DNA from: a virus
Taxonomy: Duplodnaviria; Caudoviricetes
Reading direction: 5' to 3' (one strand)
Virus record (IMG/VR): IMGVR_UViG_3300035670_000706
Location: 1 to 36,065 of that record
Length of the DNA: 36,065 bases
Shown: piece after piece, positions 7,685 through 16,143 of the stretch
Layout of the letters: every line of letters starts with the position of its first letter
Numbering within the stretch: the stretch's first letter is position 1
Translations under genes and position numbers: made by a program
Notes under the pieces: model-generated
Databases searched by the model: none
Told to the model about the DNA's origin: nothing
What the model saw: only the letters and a program-made list of their open reading frames with translations

Positions 7685-7920
7685 TTTTTTTTTTTTTTTT
7701 TTGCTTTGCTTTGGTGGTGGTGAAGGTTTGGGGGGCAGGGGGGGTAGTTAATAGAATAGAAAGGGGGGGAGGGGGTAAGGGGAGTAATAAGCACCACACC
7801 CAACTCTACCCACTAAAATACAAATTCTTTAATAAAAAAATACATTTTCCACCAAAACAAGCCCAAAAACACACTCTTAGCCTCATTTAACTACCTTTCT
7901 TCCAAAACATAGGGGGGTAT
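7685..7920 (+). other. T18 tract, G-run cluster and skew switch; candidate packaging site, genome end or origin
   Basis: T18 at 7685-7702; G6-CA-G7 at 7730-7744; G7-A-G5-TAA-G4 at 7763-7782; C/A-rich sequence after 7790; G6 at 7912-7917; lies upstream of terS. Confidence 0.5.
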
Positions 7921-8231
7921 AGTCTATATGGCTTAAATTAGCTTAAATCTGTATTCAAAGAGTGCTTTTAAATTTTTGAGGTGCTGAAATTTGGTTTTTC
8001 TGGATGCCTGTAATTTTTGTGGCTTGCCTTGACACAAAAATTGATGTCTGGGATTTAAATGCAATTATCCATATATGGGGATTTTACCTAAACCTATAGT
8101 TACTGGGTCAATTATTGTCAAGTAATTTATTTTTGCAAGGGGTTTTTTTGTTTTTTTTTCTTATTGATTCTATTGGCTTTGTTCAAGGTTTGGTTTTCTT
8201 TGCTTAAGTCTCCGTTGATTCTAAAAAACTA

Positions 8232-8260
8232 TTGACTTTCTCGACCCTCTATTTTATTGT
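8232..8260 (+). promoter_or_regulatory. Sigma70-like promoter for the terS operon
   Basis: TTGACT, 17 nt, TATTGT; 35 nt before the ATG at 8296. Confidence 0.6.
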
Positions 8261-8295
8261 GAAGACAATTAAGTTAGTAATTATTATAAATTTTT

Positions 8296-8997
8296 ATGAA
8301 AACACTTGATAAGGAAAAACATTATACAAAAGGAAGAGATATTGAGCCGATTACTGGAATTGTTTATGACATCTCTTTAAGTAAAGAATATCAAAATAGG
8401 ATTTCTAGGCTTGCTGCTCAAAAATATTTATTCGATAGGTTCAAAGAATTATATAAAGATGAGATAAAAGATGAGCATGAGATAGTTGGTAAGATTTATG
8501 AACTCAGTCAAGAACTAGAAATGAGAATAATTGCTTATACTGAGCAAGGTTTTACTTTAGACCAAATTGCCTGTATGAAAGACATGCCCAATAAAAAGGA
8601 TTTAAGAGAAATAATCATTAATAATGGTGTTTTTTATGATTCCTATATGCAAGCTTGTGCTAAAGGTTCAGTTTTCTTAGTTGATGACTTAGAATCCATA
8701 GCTAAAGATTTCATTTCTGGTAATGCCGCTGAGCATATAGATGCTGTTGGTTTAAATTCCATTGTTAAATCAGTAGCGACAATTGCTCGGATGAAGAACC
8801 CTGAAAGATATGGTGAGAATGTTAAAAATATAACAAATCATAATACTCAGATTAACAATAATTATGGTGCTAATGAGATTAAAATGGTAGCATTCGCTTT
8901 TATAGAACAAGCGAATATAAAAGATTTAGAAGAGTTTATTGCCAAGTCTAGGGATAGAATTGATTATTTGGTTCAAGAAGAAATTAATAAACAATGA
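8296..8997 (+). CDS. terS: Terminase small subunit (Sf6 gp1-like)
   Basis: TLDQIACMKDMPNKKDL...FYDSYMQA...IARMKNPERYGE matches the HTH plus PxxYG pattern of Sf6-type TerS; first gene of the virion module. Confidence 0.7.
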   Translation: MKTLDKEKHYTKGRDIEPITGIVYDISLSKEYQNRISRLAAQKYLFDRFKELYKDEIKDEHEIVGKIYELSQELEMRIIAYTEQGFTLDQIACMKDMPNKKDLREIIINNGVFYDSYMQACAKGSVFLVDDLESIAKDFISGNAAEHIDAVGLNSIVKSVATIARMKNPERYGENVKNITNHNTQINNNYGANEIKMVAFAFIEQANIKDLEEFIAKSRDRIDYLVQEEINKQ

Positions 8998-9404
8998 CAA
9001 TAAACATATATACTGATGGTTCTTGTTTTGGAAATTTAAAAGGTGGTTGGGCTTATGTTATTGTCGTTGGTGAAGATTATATTATTGAAGATTCTGGAAG
9101 ATGTGTTAAAAATCCAACGAATAACCGAATGGAATTGATGGCTATATTAAAAGCATTAAAAAAAATTATTGACTTAAATTTAAATTCTTATAATAATACT
9201 ATTTATACCGATTCAAGATATTCGATTAATGTTTTAAAGGGTAATAGTTCTTACACTATAAACAATGATTTAATATCAGAAATAAAACAATTACTAAAAT
9301 ATGTAAATGTTAATTTCCACTGGGTAAAAGCACATATTGGCAATCCTTGGAATGAATTAGTTGATAGAATGTCAAGAAATAAAGCAAAATCTAAAATTTT
9401 ATGA
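8994..9404 (+). CDS. rnhA: Ribonuclease HI
   Basis: All catalytic motifs present: IYTDGSC, TNNRMEL, YTDSRY, WVKAHIG, NELVDRM. Confidence 0.95.
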   Translation: MTINIYTDGSCFGNLKGGWAYVIVVGEDYIIEDSGRCVKNPTNNRMELMAILKALKKIIDLNLNSYNNTIYTDSRYSINVLKGNSSYTINNDLISEIKQLLKYVNVNFHWVKAHIGNPWNELVDRMSRNKAKSKIL

Positions 9405-9616
9405 AAAATTATATATTAGAAAATAAATTTAAAATATGGCTTAGCTGTCTGTTTGCTTTATTTTTAATTAACTTCGGATTTGATTTTTATGAATATAGGC
9501 AAGAGATAGACTTTTGGAACATTGTTCTTCAGCACTTTTTTTATGATTTAATAACATTTAATTTAAGTGGGTTATTATTTCTTTTTTGCTCTTGGATTTG
9601 TTACAAAATCAGTTAA
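9401..9616 (+). CDS. Small two-TM membrane protein
   Basis: Two hydrophobic segments; ATGA overlap with the RNase H stop. Confidence 0.6.
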   Translation: MKNYILENKFKIWLSCLFALFLINFGFDFYEYRQEIDFWNIVLQHFFYDLITFNLSGLLFLFCSWICYKIS

Positions 9617-9853
9617 ATACATATTATCATCTCTTTTTAATTCATAATGTCTTCTAAAAGCATAAATTTCAATTTTTTGCCTACATTGTTTGTCAAAAAA
9701 ATTATTTATTAAGAAAATTTGAGGGTTAATTAACTCGGAAATCTTTGGAGGATATATACAATAAATCCAATCAGCATTTATGCCCGGCTTAATCAAAAGA
9801 TGATTTTTGTTTGCTTTTACTAGCAAATTATATTCTTTTTCAGATATTATCAT
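9575..9853 (-). CDS. Hypothetical protein, antisense, divergent from portal
   Basis: 92 aa ORF with an A-rich leader; 3' end overlaps the convergent ORF by 42 nt. Confidence 0.55.
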   Translation of the reverse strand: MIISEKEYNLLVKANKNHLLIKPGINADWIYCIYPPKISELINPQIFLINNFFDKQCRQKIEIYAFRRHYELKRDDNMYLTDFVTNPRAKKK

Positions 9854-9860
9854 TTTTTTA

Positions 9861-9888
9861 TTGATTTAATTTTTTTTTATTATATTAT
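9861..9888 (+). promoter_or_regulatory. Putative portal promoter
   Basis: TTGATT, 16 nt, TATTAT in the divergent gap; AT-rich context lowers specificity. Confidence 0.4.
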
Positions 9889-9915
9889 GCAATAATCAAA
9901 AAACAATCTTTTTAT

Positions 9916-12741
9916 ATGGCATTTTTCAATTTTAATAGATTTTTCAATAGAGGGAATTCTCAACTTGTTGCTGGAATTGATTTTCTGGGGGACTTAGGGT
10001 TTAAAATTAACTATAATAGCTCTATGTTTTTGCATTACTATTATACTATTGCCCCACTTAATGATGCTATAAATAAAATAATCTCATTTGGTTCAACAAT
10101 TAAGCCTTATGCTTTTATAGGAAATGAACCATTTTCTAGCAATCCAAATACTGCAACATCTGATGTAAAAGCTTTTTATAAATGGGTTCGCAATCCTAAT
10201 CCACAGCAAACTGGAATACAATTAAGAAAAGAAGGATTGTTGTATTTTCTAGCAACTGGAAATAATTTTATAGAAATAACTTATAAAGATAAAAACAATA
10301 TTTTGTCAATTAAAAACATAAATCCAAGTGAAATTAGTATTTATAAAACTAGAAATGAAATAGATTATTATGAATATAAAGAATTAGATGGCACAACTAT
10401 AAAATATCAAAAAGTTTTAGATAGTCAAAATTATTTAAATTCAATTCGATATAAATATTCATCTAATAATTTAGTTGGTGATAAAGTATTTAGAGAATTA
10501 TTGCATTATAGAGAAGAGGAGGCTAGAGCTTATGATGATATTGCTTTTTCTTCGGGTTGGGGTGTAAGTAAATTAGCCCCTTTAAGAGATGAGATGATTT
10601 TATATAAAGAGGGAAATATAAGCAATAGAGCTAGCCTTAAAAACTCTCTTTCTGCTAAAAAAATGTTTTCGATTGATTTTAAAGATATTCCATCAATGTT
10701 TAAAAAAGAAGACATTGATAATTGGAAAAAAGATTTAGAGAAAAATTTTTCTGGCTCCCAAAATAGTGGAAAAACATTATTCACTAACCTAAACATGAAG
10801 GCTATAGATTTACAAAACCCCTTTGTAGCAAGAGATTTAGAATTTAATGTGGGCTTAAGACGATTAAGAGTCGCTTTTTACAATTTATTTAATATTCCTT
10901 TGCCTTTAGTAGAAGGAGAGTTTACATCAAACTCAAACATGAAGGAAGCTAATTTAAATTTATATGATGCTGCTATTTTACCAACTTTAGAGTCTTATTA
11001 TGAATTTATTTATTTATTTTTTATAAAAGATTTTTATCCAAATTCTAAAATATCTGAAATAAAATATATTGATTCTGAGATACCAGCAATTACCATGAGA
11101 AATGCTGAGTTAGTAAACATTTTGTCAAATGCCAATGTCGCTACCAAAAATGAGTTAAGACAGAAAGTTGGATTAAACAGAATTGATGGTTTAGATGCTG
11201 TTTATGTAGATGGTAACCAAGCCCCAATCGGTGAAGACACTAATACCGATGATGCTATAGGTATTCCATTGTCTCAAACAAATAAATCATTTAAAGCATT
11301 AAGTGATATTGATTTAAAACCAACCGAAGAGATGGCAAAAGAGGCAGAGAAGGGTTTAAGATGGAGAGAGGAATTTGGAAGAGGCGGAACAGCCGTAGGA
11401 GTTGCTAGAGCTAATCAATTGAAGAATCGCGAGAATTTAACACCAAAAACAATTGGCAGAATGGTTTCATTTTTTGCAAGACATGAAGTTGATAAACAAG
11501 CAGAGGGTTTTAATCAAGGTGAAGAAGGTTTTCCAAGTGCTGGGCGAATAGCTTGGTGCTTAACACACGATACTCAAGTATTATTAGCTGACGGAAGCTT
11601 AAAAACAATAGGAGAAATAGTTGATAAAAAGTTAGATGTCGAAGTTATAGCTTTGCATAAAAACGGATTGCTGAAGCCAGCTAAAATTATAAATTGGTTA
11701 AAATTAGAAAGCAAAAAAGAGGATTTTTTAGTATTAAGAAGGGGTCTAGCAAAATCAAATGAAAGAGGGATTGTTGATAAACCAAAATTATTTGCAACAA
11801 AAGACCATCCTATTTATTGTGGTAAAGATTTAGGCTATATTAAAATGCAAGATTTGACCAATGAAAATCAAGTTTATGTCGTTGAAGAATATGTAGATGA
11901 AGTTGGAGAACAAATAATTGCAGGACACTTAATGGGAGATGGAAGCTTAACTAAGAATTCTCAATTAACCATAAGTAGATGCGAAAAACACAAAGATTAT
12001 CTAGATGATACAAAAAGATTATTAGAACACCTTGGATTTAGCGAAACAAGGGAGATTATTACTAAAAAAGGTTTTGGAATTGGTAAAAAACAATATACCT
12101 CAAGATCAAAAGTAAATCATTACATGAAAGCAAATGCCATGTTTAAAATTGTTAATAAAAAAAGAGTTTTAATTAATGATTTAAATAAACTTGGCTCAAT
12201 AGGTTTAGCAAGATGGATAATGGATGATGGCTCATTGCATCAAAAAAACAATGATAGACCATCTTATAGAATACATATAGAAGGCTTTGACAAAGATAGT
12301 GCCGATAAAATACATGAATTTTTTGTTAATAAATATGGCGATAATGTTAAGTTGCATAAAAGAGAAAATACTGATGGATATGTTTTATATTGTGGTGTTG
12401 ATGCTACGGATAAAATAGCTAATGAAATAGCTCCTTATGTTTGTGATATTATGAAATATAAATTGCCAGAACACCTAAGAAAGACAGAATATATTTTAAA
12501 AAATTATGAGCCTAAAAAAACTTATGTATCAAGCCCACAATCAATAAATTATATTCGCAATGTTAAAAAAAGCGATGGCAATTTACAAAATTTTAAATAT
12601 AGATATGATTTGACAATTGAAGATGCTAATTCTTTTGTTGCTAACGGAATAATAGTTCATAATTGCCTTTGGGGTGGTGATGCTGGAAAGTCTTGGGCTA
12701 ATCGCAAATGGGCAGAAATAAAAAAAGAAAGAGATAAATAA
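9916..12741 (+). CDS. HK97-type portal protein with appended C-terminal domain and intein
   Basis: Portal motifs NPNPQQT, LATGNNF, LLHYR, GVSKLAPL, FSGSQNSGK, FNIPLPLV, TKNELRQKVGL in residues 1-430; extra domain from about residue 460. Confidence 0.9.
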   Translation: MAFFNFNRFFNRGNSQLVAGIDFLGDLGFKINYNSSMFLHYYYTIAPLNDAINKIISFGSTIKPYAFIGNEPFSSNPNTATSDVKAFYKWVRNPNPQQTGIQLRKEGLLYFLATGNNFIEITYKDKNNILSIKNINPSEISIYKTRNEIDYYEYKELDGTTIKYQKVLDSQNYLNSIRYKYSSNNLVGDKVFRELLHYREEEARAYDDIAFSSGWGVSKLAPLRDEMILYKEGNISNRASLKNSLSAKKMFSIDFKDIPSMFKKEDIDNWKKDLEKNFSGSQNSGKTLFTNLNMKAIDLQNPFVARDLEFNVGLRRLRVAFYNLFNIPLPLVEGEFTSNSNMKEANLNLYDAAILPTLESYYEFIYLFFIKDFYPNSKISEIKYIDSEIPAITMRNAELVNILSNANVATKNELRQKVGLNRIDGLDAVYVDGNQAPIGEDTNTDDAIGIPLSQTNKSFKALSDIDLKPTEEMAKEAEKGLRWREEFGRGGTAVGVARANQLKNRENLTPKTIGRMVSFFARHEVDKQAEGFNQGEEGFPSAGRIAWCLTHDTQVLLADGSLKTIGEIVDKKLDVEVIALHKNGLLKPAKIINWLKLESKKEDFLVLRRGLAKSNERGIVDKPKLFATKDHPIYCGKDLGYIKMQDLTNENQVYVVEEYVDEVGEQIIAGHLMGDGSLTKNSQLTISRCEKHKDYLDDTKRLLEHLGFSETREIITKKGFGIGKKQYTSRSKVNHYMKANAMFKIVNKKRVLINDLNKLGSIGLARWIMDDGSLHQKNNDRPSYRIHIEGFDKDSADKIHEFFVNKYGDNVKLHKRENTDGYVLYCGVDATDKIANEIAPYVCDIMKYKLPEHLRKTEYILKNYEPKKTYVSSPQSINYIRNVKKSDGNLQNFKYRYDLTIEDANSFVANGIIVHNCLWGGDAGKSWANRKWAEIKKERDK
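11557..12663 (+). mobile_element. Intein with LAGLIDADG homing endonuclease (369 aa, residues 548-916)
   Basis: Block A CLTHDTQVLLADG; block B ATKDHPI; LAGLIDADG motifs IIAGHLMGDGSL and LARWIMDDGSL; blocks F/G YDLTIEDANSFVANGIIVHN followed by +1 Cys. Confidence 0.95.
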
Positions 12742-12831
12742 AATTTCTCTTGATTTTGAAACTTATTTCATAAATAATTAAAATGAGGGATTAATTATTT
12801 AATTATTTATTTAAATTTTAAATCAAGAATC

Positions 12832-12867
12832 AACCCAACTAAGGGAGATTACTTAGTTGGGTTTTTT
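12832..12867 (+). terminator. Intrinsic terminator after the portal gene
   Basis: 12-bp stem aacccaactaag/cttagttgggtt, 8-nt loop, T tract; lies between convergent genes. Confidence 0.85.
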
Positions 12868-13075
12868 AATGTTTGTTTTTTTTATTATAATTTAATACTT
12901 CTTCTATTGCAATTCCAATAAAAAATAGTATTAAAATTGCAATAAATAACAATATCGGAAATAATATTGGAGACAAAACATAAAACCAACTCCAATTAAT
13001 ATAGTTGGTAAGTTTTAAACCAATGAATAATATTGTGAGTAGTAGTAATGGTGGAAAATTTATAGATATTTTCAT
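12866..13075 (-). CDS. Small phage membrane protein (WSWxxVLSP type)
   Basis: LLTILFIGLKLTNYINWSWFYVLSPI pattern, which I recall as common in small phage membrane proteins. Confidence 0.8.
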   Translation of the reverse strand: MKISINFPPLLLLTILFIGLKLTNYINWSWFYVLSPILFPILLFIAILILFFIGIAIEEVLNYNKKNKH

Positions 13076-13098
13076 ATTAATTTAATTAAAGTTTATTA

Positions 13099-13467
13099 TT
13101 AAAATCCTTTTATATCTTTAACAGGTGGTATTGCTGGTGGAGGTGGAGGTGTCATTTTATTTTCATCTCTTGTTTTTAATTTGTTTGTTAATGGAATTGG
13201 TGCAGGTAATTTAATATTAGAATCAATAGTTTGAGACGGATTGACAAACCCATAACTAGCATAACCAAGAGATGACCTACATATTGCTACATATATGTGC
13301 ATAAATAACCACAAAATAAGAAGTAAGGAAACAATAAATAAATAAAATATTTTTTCAGCATATTCATACATTAAAAAAGAATATGATAATAAAAAGAATA
13401 TAGATTTTATATTATATAATGCTAAAAAAAATATTGTAAAAATTAATATTCTATTTTTTTGTTTCAT
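13099..13467 (-). CDS. Two-TM membrane protein with proline-rich tail
   Basis: Hydrophobic N-terminal half; C-terminus TPPPPPAIPPVK. Confidence 0.7.
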   Translation of the reverse strand: MKQKNRILIFTIFFLALYNIKSIFFLLSYSFLMYEYAEKIFYLFIVSLLLILWLFMHIYVAICRSSLGYASYGFVNPSQTIDSNIKLPAPIPLTNKLKTRDENKMTPPPPPAIPPVKDIKGF

Positions 13468-13476
13468 ATTTTTTAT

Positions 13477-14001
13477 TTATAAAGATTTAGTATTAGTTGG
13501 GGTTAGTGATGGATTAATTGTTTTATATGTATTTAAATTGCAAGAAACAAAATTATTGCTTTCTTTGGAAAATATTAAAAAATAATATCTTCCAAACCAC
13601 CTATTATCAGCAACGACATGTATTTTTTGTAGATAAAAATTATTATCTTGCATAAGTTTAATCCTTCTTGGTGTAAAGTGCGAATTTAAAGCTTGATTAT
13701 TAACTAACCAAGCAATGCCAAAATTAGATAACTCTAAAGCTTTTTCTGTAAATTTCCAAGAAATATGATAAGGGGGATTTCCAATAATCCAATCTGCTTT
13801 TTGATTAACCAATAAGAAATCATTTCCATCTTCAATTTCATATTCATATTTTTTTACAAAACAAGGCAAGTTATTATAAAAAACTTTATTTTTGCCAGAC
13901 CCAGCATCAATTACTATTTGATTTTCTTTTAATGGCAATAGATTTATTAAATCTTTAGCCATTTGTTCATTAGTATAGTGAAAAGTTATATCTTTAACCA
14001 T
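13477..14001 (-). CDS. Minimal DNA amino-methyltransferase (m6A/m4C class)
   Basis: Motif X-like FHYTNEQMA, motif I VIDAGSG, motif IV IIGNPPY; only 174 aa. Confidence 0.8.
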   Translation of the reverse strand: MVKDITFHYTNEQMAKDLINLLPLKENQIVIDAGSGKNKVFYNNLPCFVKKYEYEIEDGNDFLLVNQKADWIIGNPPYHISWKFTEKALELSNFGIAWLVNNQALNSHFTPRRIKLMQDNNFYLQKIHVVADNRWFGRYYFLIFSKESNNFVSCNLNTYKTINPSLTPTNTKSL

Positions 14002-15014
14002 TTTTCGTATATTTCTTTTGATATTTTAGCTATCATTAAAGGTGGCACACTCATTCCTATAACATAATTATATCTTTCATTAACAAAATTATAGTCTTGA
14101 GGAAAACTACCAATGCAACAGCTTTCTGATTTATTTGGCTTTCTATATTCATCAAATAAATAAAAAACATCATCATTGCTAGTGTAAGTATTAGCAACTT
14201 TATCTTTATGTAAATAATAATTATTAAAACATCTATTTTTATTTTCAGTTCTCATAATTGTATCAGCAAAATTTTTATCTTCTGGCTTTCTTTTTTGCCA
14301 ATATTCGAACATTTTGCCAGTTGAGAACTTTCTATCATTAATTCCTTTTTGATAAAATTCTCCAAAGGTTATTGGCTTTTCATTAAAGTTAAGGTCTAAA
14401 TAAAAATGACTATATGGCAAATCTTTTCTATAAGCAATAAAAAAAACTCTTTCTCTTTTTTGTGGGACTCCCATATTTGAGGCATTTAATAAATAATGAT
14501 CGCAATTATATCCAGCATTATTAAATTCTTGATAAATTCTTTTAACATATTTTTTTGCATCTCCTTGCAACAACCCCTTAACATTTTCAGCTATAACAAT
14601 TTTTGGCTGTAATTTTTTGGCTAAATCAATAAAATCAAAAAATAAAGTATCTAAAACTTGTGATACCTGTCCTTCTCTAAATTTTTTTTCTTTACCCCAG
14701 TTTTCTTCTCTTTGACCAGCCATAGAATATGCTGAGCATGGTGGACTACCCTCTAAAATATCTAAATCATATAATTCCTTAGGTAAGTCGTCTCTAACTT
14801 TTAATGTGCAAATAGATTCTAAAAAACTATATTTGGGATTATGGTTAGCTATATAAACTTCCATCATTCTTTTATCTATTTCATTACAACCAATAACATC
14901 AAAGCCAGCAAGTTTGTATCCAAGTGAGCTTCCACCTCCGCCAGAAAAACAAGTAAAAACCTTACCTTTATCTTTTGTGAAAATTGTGTCTTTTAAGTTC
15001 CAGTTATAATTCAT
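13986..15014 (-). CDS. DNA cytosine-5 methyltransferase (orphan)
   Basis: Motif I FSGGGG, IV GSPPC, VI ENVKG, VIII QKRERVF, IX/X SFPQDY...IGMSVPP. Confidence 0.95.
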   Translation of the reverse strand: MNYNWNLKDTIFTKDKGKVFTCFSGGGGSSLGYKLAGFDVIGCNEIDKRMMEVYIANHNPKYSFLESICTLKVRDDLPKELYDLDILEGSPPCSAYSMAGQREENWGKEKKFREGQVSQVLDTLFFDFIDLAKKLQPKIVIAENVKGLLQGDAKKYVKRIYQEFNNAGYNCDHYLLNASNMGVPQKRERVFFIAYRKDLPYSHFYLDLNFNEKPITFGEFYQKGINDRKFSTGKMFEYWQKRKPEDKNFADTIMRTENKNRCFNNYYLHKDKVANTYTSNDDVFYLFDEYRKPNKSESCCIGSFPQDYNFVNERYNYVIGMSVPPLMIAKISKEIYEKWLKI

Positions 15015-15294
15015 TTTTTTGTTTTATAAATTCATTAACTTTTTTCTGTAATTCTTGTGCTTTTTTATGGTGATCTTTTAATAATTCTAACAATCTTAAT
15101 ATTACCTTATATTTTTTTGGTATTCCATGAGTATACCAATTTTGTTTGCAATTTTTCATTGCGAGATAATCAAATATAGTTTCAGTTTTGTCGTTCTTGA
15201 TTTCTTTTAAATCTAACAAAACAGATGATGCTGATTTTATTTTTTGCAAAAAAAAATACACTTCTGTTTCTCTTTTATTATCTTTTTTATCCAT
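15004..15294 (-). CDS. Small protein heading the methyltransferase operon; possible Cro-like regulator
   Basis: 96 aa; KQNWYTHGIP resembles the WxxxGIP ending of Cro-like HTH proteins (weak). Confidence 0.55.
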   Translation of the reverse strand: MDKKDNKRETEVYFFLQKIKSASSVLLDLKEIKNDKTETIFDYLAMKNCKQNWYTHGIPKKYKVILRLLELLKDHHKKAQELQKKVNEFIKQKNEL

Positions 15295-15325
15295 ATATTA
15301 GACTCTTAGGGTTATGTATATTGAC
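15288..15325. repeat. 38-bp imperfect direct repeat, copy 1 (copy 2 at 22886..22923)
   Basis: tatccatatattagactcttagggttatgtatattgac; 33/38 identical to copy 2, first 21 nt perfect. Confidence 0.9.
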
Positions 15326-15354
15326 AAATTATCAAAAATAAATATTGTTGTCAA
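15321..15354. promoter_or_regulatory. Overlapping divergent sigma70-like promoters
   Basis: Plus strand: TTGACA-16-TATTGT (15321-15348). Minus strand: TTGACA-17-TAATTT (15354-15326). Confidence 0.65.
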
Positions 15355-15381
15355 GATTAATTATTAATCCAATAAATTTTT

Positions 15382-16143
15382 ATGGAAGAAAAAGTAATAA
15401 AGCAATTCTCAGCTAGAATAGAAAAGTCTTTAAATCAAGACGGGCAGTTTGAAGATGATAAGTTTTTTTATGTTAAATCATATATTTCAACTTATGATAT
15501 TGACTTAGGAAAAGATATTGTTTCGAAGGGTGCTTTTACAAATTCAATTGCTGAGAGAACTAAAAATGGAAAAGTTATACCAGCACTATGGCAACATGAT
15601 ATGTTTAGTCCTGTCGGTCATGCCATAAATATAACTGAAGATGAAAAAGGCATAATGGTAGAAAGTAGATTGCCTAAAGCTCATTGGAGAGTAAAAGAGG
15701 AAATAATTCCATTAATGGAAAATGGCACTTTGCAAGAAATGTCAATTGGCTTTTCTGTAAAAAAAGAAGAATATGACAAGGAAACCAATATTAGAATAAT
15801 TAAAGAAGGTAATTTATTTGAATACTCATTTGTTACTTTAGCCATGAATCCAGAAGCAACTATCGAAAGTTTTAAATCTTTAGAAAATCTAAGAGATGAA
15901 AGAGATATTGAAAAACTTTTAAAACAAAAAGGTTGCTCAAACACTGAATCAAAAACAATGATTAGTGTGATGAAAAAAATTCTAAAATCTTCTAACTTGC
16001 GAGATGAAGTTAAGGAAGAATCGGATACTCAACGAGATGTTGAGGAAAAAAACGAGGAATCTATTGATGAAGAAGCAATTCTTGAATCTATAGAAAATTT
16101 TTTAATCTTAAATAAAATTAACGAAATATGCACAAAGAAATAA
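15382..16143 (+). CDS. HK97-family prohead protease
   Basis: DLGKDIVSKGAF, LWQHD...PVG, MSIGF (catalytic Ser), LFEYSFVTLAMNPEATI. Confidence 0.95.
   Translation: MEEKVIKQFSARIEKSLNQDGQFEDDKFFYVKSYISTYDIDLGKDIVSKGAFTNSIAERTKNGKVIPALWQHDMFSPVGHAINITEDEKGIMVESRLPKAHWRVKEEIIPLMENGTLQEMSIGFSVKKEEYDKETNIRIIKEGNLFEYSFVTLAMNPEATIESFKSLENLRDERDIEKLLKQKGCSNTESKTMISVMKKILKSSNLRDEVKEESDTQRDVEEKNEESIDEEAILESIENFLILNKINEICTKK

Noticed and set aside
12745-12830. Possible small RNA bounded by a 9-bp inverted repeat after the portal gene
   Set aside because: Only a short AT-rich inverted repeat and weak promoter matches support it.
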